Below are positions 58,827 through 64,000 of a DNA stretch of 64,000 nt, piece by piece. The stretch is taken from positions 2,848,001 to 2,912,000 of the forward strand of contig CAXXHB010000003.1 of NCBI GenBank assembly GCA_963664815.2. Direction: 5' to 3'. The number at the start of each line of letters is the position of its first letter. The stretch's first letter is position 1. Source of the stretch: Spirochaetota bacterium (lineage in GTDB: Bacteria; Spirochaetota; UBA4802; UBA5550). The position numbers and the translations under genes were made by a program. Under the pieces are notes generated by a model. It did no database searches and was not told the DNA's origin. It saw only the letters and a list, made by a program, of their open reading frames with translations.

Positions 58827-60320
58827 ATGCAGCTTGGTAAAACATCTGAACTTTCAGGCCAGGTACTCAAGGGAGAACCGGTTAAGCTTACTTTTCATTA
58901 CAACAACAGGGAAATCAACAGATTCCTTAACTCTCTTTTTACAAAAATTCTGTCTCAATCAGACATGCTTTACCTTCAGGGAACAGTAGAAAATGTTTTA
59001 CGTGAAATGATAGTTAACGCCGTAAAAGCAAATTCCAAAAGAATATATTTTAAAAAAAGCAATTTAGACATAGCCGATCCGCAACACTATGAAGAGGGTA
59101 TGCTGTCTTTTAAAACATATATGACAGATGGAATAAATGATATTCCAACTGAATTGAAACAGAACGGATATAAAGTTGAGCTTGTTCTGAAAAAAGAGAG
59201 CAATGGATTCAGAATAATTGTAAGAAATAATTCAGGACTTCTCCCGTTCGAACAGGAACGAATTAAACTCAGAGTAGACAAAGCAAGAGAATACACGGAT
59301 TTTTCAGATATATACATGGATATAGCCGATGATCAAGAGGGAGAAGGTCTCGGGATCCCTCTCACTATGCTCTTTCTGAAAAATTCCGGGATTGGGGAGA
59401 AATCATTCAGTATTGTTTCTGATGGAAATGTAACCCAATCTGCTTTTACGATCCCTTTAAAAACACAACCTTGTGCTATAAAAAGAGTTATTGAAGTAAA
59501 AATCGTAAATGAAGTTAAAGACCTTCCCACTTTTCCGGAACACATAATGGAACTTCAATCCATGTGTAAAAAAGAGAATATTACAATAGGAGAACTGGCT
59601 AACAAAATTTCACTTGATCCTTCACTTTCCGCTTCAGTCTTAAAGCTCTCAAATTCAGCTGGATTTGTCACTTCCAAAAAGATTGAAAGTATCGCCGAGG
59701 CTGTAAAAATAATTGGACTAAAAAATCTAAACTCAATTCTTATAGCATCATCAGCAAAAAAAATAATGGAAGAGCGTTTCCCATCTTTTAAAGACGTGTG
59801 GAGCCACTGCAACAAGACTGCTTTTTATTCCCGGTTGCTTGCCCAAAAATATGGATTGAACAAAATCAGCGACATGATTTTTTTATCATCCATGCTTCAC
59901 GATCTTGGGAAAATCATCCTTTTATCAGCTAATGAAGAACTTACAGACCAGATTGAAAAGATATCAGCTAACAGACAAATGAGGACTTCTACAGTTCTTG
60001 AAGAAGTTTCAATGGGGATAAGCCACTCGACAATAGGGAAAATGATTGCAGAAAAGTGGAACTTCCCTCAATATATCAGAGAAGCTATCTCTTATCATCA
60101 CTCGCCACTGCAGGCGAGCGAAGAAAACAGAGATATTGTATTCATCACATATCTTGCAAACTCACTCTGTCTGATTGAAGAGAAGAAGTTTGACTATTTT
60201 TATCTGGAGGATGAGGTTTTGATCCGATTCGATATGTTATCTGAAGAAAAATTCTCTGAAATGCATAATAATTTTAAGCTCCAATATGAAAAACAGTCAG
60301 AGTTACAGCTCTCAATATAA
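58827..60320 (+). CDS. HDOD-domain protein with an N-terminal GHKL/HATPase-like domain
   Basis: REMIVNAVKAN...EGEGLGI; LPTFP, DPSLSASVLKLSNS, LHDLGKI, HSTIG..IAEKWNFP and HH. Confidence 0.88.
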   Translation: MQLGKTSELSGQVLKGEPVKLTFHYNNREINRFLNSLFTKILSQSDMLYLQGTVENVLREMIVNAVKANSKRIYFKKSNLDIADPQHYEEGMLSFKTYMTDGINDIPTELKQNGYKVELVLKKESNGFRIIVRNNSGLLPFEQERIKLRVDKAREYTDFSDIYMDIADDQEGEGLGIPLTMLFLKNSGIGEKSFSIVSDGNVTQSAFTIPLKTQPCAIKRVIEVKIVNEVKDLPTFPEHIMELQSMCKKENITIGELANKISLDPSLSASVLKLSNSAGFVTSKKIESIAEAVKIIGLKNLNSILIASSAKKIMEERFPSFKDVWSHCNKTAFYSRLLAQKYGLNKISDMIFLSSMLHDLGKIILLSANEELTDQIEKISANRQMRTSTVLEEVSMGISHSTIGKMIAEKWNFPQYIREAISYHHSPLQASEENRDIVFITYLANSLCLIEEKKFDYFYLEDEVLIRFDMLSEEKFSEMHNNFKLQYEKQSELQLSI

Positions 60321-60449
60321 ATATTGCCTGACAAGATAACTTAACCCACTGTCCCGTCAGACACAATCACATGTTGTTTAGTTTTTTGCCCGTCAAAATA
60401 CTCAGAGATTATTTTCTTAAACACATCACATTCTCAATACATGAGAATG

Positions 60450-62198
60450 TCAGCTTTTTATACGAACATCAATAAAAGATTTAACCCCTGGTATCAGATC
60501 GGCTATCATTTTATCAAGTTTCAATTCAGTTTCTTTGGCCGAACCTGATTTTGCAGAAAAATAAAATTTTATTTTAGGCTCTGTCCCTGATGGTCTCACT
60601 GTAACAATAGAACCATCGAAGAGTTTATACTGTAAAACATTTGATTTCGGAAGAACTGTCACCTGATCGTTTGAATCATATAGAATATCATTAACATAAT
60701 CTATTACTTTGATAACCTTGCACCCTCCGATTTCTTCAGGTGACTTCTGCCTGAATTTTTTCATAACTTCACCTATGACTTCAGCTCCTTTCAAACCTTC
60801 TGCATCGATGGAAACATTTCTGTCATTATAATATCCATACACACTGAAAATATTATCAAGGTAGCCGATTATAGTAAGACCCCTGTTTTTCAGATAAGCG
60901 CAGCATTCTGAAATCATTATTGTGGAAGCGACTGCATCTTTGTCTCTTGCATATGTTCCAGCCAGGTAACCGTAACTCTCTTCACCACCAAAAAGATATT
61001 TATAATTTCCCGTTTCTTCAAAAAACTTAATCTTTTCGCCGATATATTTAAATCCCGTCAAAACATTAAACACTTTAAGCGAGAATGATTCGGCAATTCT
61101 ATCCTGAAGGTCTGTTGTAACTACAGTCTTCACAACCGCACCATCCGGCGGTAGAGTTCCCTTCTCCTTCATCAGCGAAAGTTTATAGAACTCCAGTATA
61201 GCACCTATATGATTCCCGGAAAGAACATCAAACTCTCCCATATCATTCCGTACCGCTATACCCATTCTATCCGCATCAGGATCAGTAGCAATAACTATAT
61301 CCGCCTCCTCCCTGAGAGCATACTTTATTGCAAGATCAAGGGCATCTTTCTCTTCAGGATTAGGTTTTCTAACAGTCGAAAACGATGAATCGGCTTTCAT
61401 CTGTTCATTTACATAAATAATATCATTAAACCCGAGTCTCAATAATGCTTCCGGGATTAATGTCCCCCCTGTTCCGTGCAGTGGCGTGTAAACGATCTTT
61501 ACGCTGCTTTTTGCTATCTCTTCCGGTGAAATTGAAAGAGATATTACCTCTTTCAGAAACTTTTCATCAATATCTTTATCAATCCAGTTTATCAGTCCTT
61601 TTTCTTCCAGAGATTCAAAACTCTCTCTTTTTACATCATCCAGCTTTTCGACTTTCCTGACTTCACTGATAATATTTTCATCATGAGGATTAATTATCTG
61701 CCCTCCATCTTTCCAGTACACCTTGTATCCATTATACTCTTTAGGATTGTGACTAGCTGTAATTACAATCCCTGTTACACACCCGAGTTCCCTGACTGCA
61801 AAACTAAGTTCGGGAGTTGGCCTCATCTCTCTGAATATATATGTTTTTATACCGTTTGAGGCAAGTACCGAAGCACTCTCCATTGCAAACTCTTTTGAAA
61901 AAAACCTTGAATCGTACGCAATAACAGCTTTAGGATCAGTCTCCCCCGATTTTTTAACATAGTTGGAAAGTCCCTGCGTAGCCCTGGCGACAACATATTT
62001 ATTCATACCGTTGGTGCCATTACGGATGATTCCCCTTAATCCGCCTGTACCGAATTCAAGTTCAACGGCAAACCGCTCATTGAGTTCTTTCTCGTTTTTA
62101 CTTTTGATGAGAGCTTTTATTTCATCTCTGCATTTTTCATCATATGGCAACTCTGCCCATTCAGCAGCTCTTTTCAATACAGATTCAGGTAATATCAT
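60450..62198 (-). CDS. pgm: Phosphoglucomutase/phosphomannomutase
   Basis: FGTGGLRG, TASHNP (phospho-Ser), DPDADR, GEESYG and RPSGTEPKIK. Confidence 0.93.
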   Translation of the reverse strand: MILPESVLKRAAEWAELPYDEKCRDEIKALIKSKNEKELNERFAVELEFGTGGLRGIIRNGTNGMNKYVVARATQGLSNYVKKSGETDPKAVIAYDSRFFSKEFAMESASVLASNGIKTYIFREMRPTPELSFAVRELGCVTGIVITASHNPKEYNGYKVYWKDGGQIINPHDENIISEVRKVEKLDDVKRESFESLEEKGLINWIDKDIDEKFLKEVISLSISPEEIAKSSVKIVYTPLHGTGGTLIPEALLRLGFNDIIYVNEQMKADSSFSTVRKPNPEEKDALDLAIKYALREEADIVIATDPDADRMGIAVRNDMGEFDVLSGNHIGAILEFYKLSLMKEKGTLPPDGAVVKTVVTTDLQDRIAESFSLKVFNVLTGFKYIGEKIKFFEETGNYKYLFGGEESYGYLAGTYARDKDAVASTIMISECCAYLKNRGLTIIGYLDNIFSVYGYYNDRNVSIDAEGLKGAEVIGEVMKKFRQKSPEEIGGCKVIKVIDYVNDILYDSNDQVTVLPKSNVLQYKLFDGSIVTVRPSGTEPKIKFYFSAKSGSAKETELKLDKMIADLIPGVKSFIDVRIKS

Positions 62199-62200
62199 AG

Positions 62201-63232
62201 TTAATCCTCCGCCATTCTGTTTTTAAGGTGATGAATAAAATCTATCTCCCCTGGATCCTCTTCATTTAAAAGCGCGAGATAATATGATACCCAATCGCAG
62301 AAATAAACAGCATCGAGAAGCCTCTCCTTGAAAGTCTCACCTTTACCCTGAATTTTTAATATATCAATTTTTTCCCCACTTAGCAACTTATTTATTATTT
62401 CAATTCGTTTCTTTATTCTTAAAAAGATATCATCATCCCAGATTGTTACAATCTTATATTTTAATCCCGAGTCTTTTACACTTTCCCATCCTGTAATTTC
62501 ATTATGGTTCATTTCAGGGTACTCACCCATCCATGCATGGATCTTGCTGTTTTCATTAAGTTGCCCTTTAAAACGTTTCCCGGCAGAATCATTCAGATCT
62601 GTTACAGAATAAATTACAGGGATATACCCCTTCAATGAAGCGGCAAATTTACATGCATCTCCATCTTCAATTCCCAATTCATCACCCTGTTTCTTAAGTG
62701 ATTGAATGATTTTCTTTACAACAATGTCCTGTGATTCAATAAGATTTAACTCCTGTATAACTCTCAGAAGAGTGAAGAAGGAGTTATACAATGCATATCT
62801 TGGCTGAAATCCAGGTTTAAGTTTTATAACAGTTGTCTTATTCTCAACTGCAAGCCTCTCTATCTCTCCTCCGGTAGTGAGTGCTATAACAATGCACCCT
62901 TTTTCAACAGCCGACTTAAAAGCGGAGATTGTTTCCTCCGTATTACCTGAATATGATGAAGCTATAACGAGAGTATTTGCTCCTGCATAGGAAGGGAGAA
63001 GATATGAACGGTTTACTATTACAGGTTTCTTAAGTTCACCATTCAGAAAGTTCCTTAAAATATCACCACTTATAGCTGAACCACCAAGACCGGTTATTAT
63101 AATGTGATCTATGTTATCTTTGTCTATTACCGGAAGACTGATATTTCTCCATGCGTTTTCAGCCTGCTGCCACGATTCGGTTATGACCTTATGAAGGTTT
63201 TTCGTATCATGAGAGAATAATGATTTATTCAT
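62201..63232 (-). CDS. Bifunctional phosphoglucose/phosphomannose isomerase (SIS family)
   Basis: GLGGSAISG, SYSGNTEET, QPRYA, QLNENSK and PEMNHNEI. Confidence 0.92.
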   Translation of the reverse strand: MNKSLFSHDTKNLHKVITESWQQAENAWRNISLPVIDKDNIDHIIITGLGGSAISGDILRNFLNGELKKPVIVNRSYLLPSYAGANTLVIASSYSGNTEETISAFKSAVEKGCIVIALTTGGEIERLAVENKTTVIKLKPGFQPRYALYNSFFTLLRVIQELNLIESQDIVVKKIIQSLKKQGDELGIEDGDACKFAASLKGYIPVIYSVTDLNDSAGKRFKGQLNENSKIHAWMGEYPEMNHNEITGWESVKDSGLKYKIVTIWDDDIFLRIKKRIEIINKLLSGEKIDILKIQGKGETFKERLLDAVYFCDWVSYYLALLNEEDPGEIDFIHHLKNRMAED

Positions 63233-63492
63233 TTCCTTACCATCCGGGATTATTTATTTCATTGTTAGTAGTGATACGTTTTTTATACTACATTCATTTT
63301 ATTTAAAGTAAAAAATCATAAAGCTTTATTGCAAGTATTTTTCATAACCAGTTTAATCTCAGGATTATATCCTGCATCAGGATTGAAAATATAATACATT
63401 TCTTCAATCTAAACTCTATACAATATTATGCTGCACAATCGACAAACGAAGGGTAATTTCATATTAAAATTGATTTAAATAATAAATGCGAC

Positions 63493-63522
63493 AAAAAGCT
63501 GCCTGATAGTGGCAGCCTTTTT
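63493..63522. terminator. Intrinsic terminator, possibly bidirectional
   Basis: AAAAAGCTGCC-tgatagt-GGCAGCCTTTTT. Confidence 0.65.
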
Positions 63523-63554
63523 AAGGATAGATAAGTGTAGAAATGAATAATCAG

Positions 63555-63998
63555 CTATATGGCAAGTGCCTCTTTGAACGAAGAATACCAGTTTAACTCG
63601 GATTCAAAGAAATTACCTGTTATACCAATTTCCCGGTAATAGTCCATGAGTATCTTAAGGTGAACAATCTCTTTATCTTCATCACTCAAAATTTTCACAT
63701 CATCTATTACAATATTATTAAATGAATTCTCAATCCACTCAAAAAACTCACTCCCCTTATCCTTGAAAATCAGATAGCTGGAAATCATATCGAATTTCAC
63801 CGTTTCAAGAGCTTTCAGAAATTCATCATCGCTTTCATCTTTCATTGATGTAGCCATCTCTGCCTGGAAGTAATCTCCCCATGAGATAATATCAGGTGTA
63901 ACACTATATTGCGCCTCAAGCCTTACAAGCTCTTCATCTTTCATATAAGGTTTTGCAGAAATTCTATCAATAAAATCTTTTATATAAATAAGCTGCAA
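63555..63998 (-). CDS. Acidic hypothetical protein (true start may lie just outside the window)
   Basis: 147-aa open frame reaching the window edge; followed by a terminator. Confidence 0.65.
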   Translation of the reverse strand: MQLIYIKDFIDRISAKPYMKDEELVRLEAQYSVTPDIISWGDYFQAEMATSMKDESDDEFLKALETVKFDMISSYLIFKDKGSEFFEWIENSFNNIVIDDVKILSDEDKEIVHLKILMDYYREIGITGNFFESELNWYSSFKEALAI

Positions 63999-64000
63999 CA

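Overview
AT-rich bacterial chromosomal window. The FliH/FliG and HDOD-protein styles suggest an anaerobic Spirochaetota lineage related to Leptospirae (inference). In order it holds: the flagellar basal-body/export cluster flgBC-fliEFGHIJ (minus strand); a small accessory patch (MITE-like element, head-to-head arrays of 11-bp phased repeats, a basic HMG-box-like ORF, a HAD hydrolase); a c-di-AMP riboswitch in front of a KimA-type K+ transporter; assorted housekeeping genes (aspartate aminotransferase, sppA, RNase P RNA, trpEG with a candidate leader-peptide attenuator, hemerythrin, MCP); and PGM plus PGI/PMI at the right end. The main candidate system spans about 35-55 kb. It is a group 4 membrane-bound [NiFe]-hydrogenase operon whose input module is an AsrAB/HydBG-like NAD(P)H-FAD pair plus an FdhF-fold protein lacking its Mo-ligating Cys/Sec and catalytic Arg. 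It sits next to a signalling operon with one intact Cache kinase and two hybrids with degenerate ATPase domains, the last ending in a LuxR HTH. A palindromic site lies just upstream of the hydrogenase operon's sigma70-like promoter. No CRISPR array, rRNA, tRNA, integrase or transposase was seen. All calls come from reading motifs by eye; no database searches were run.
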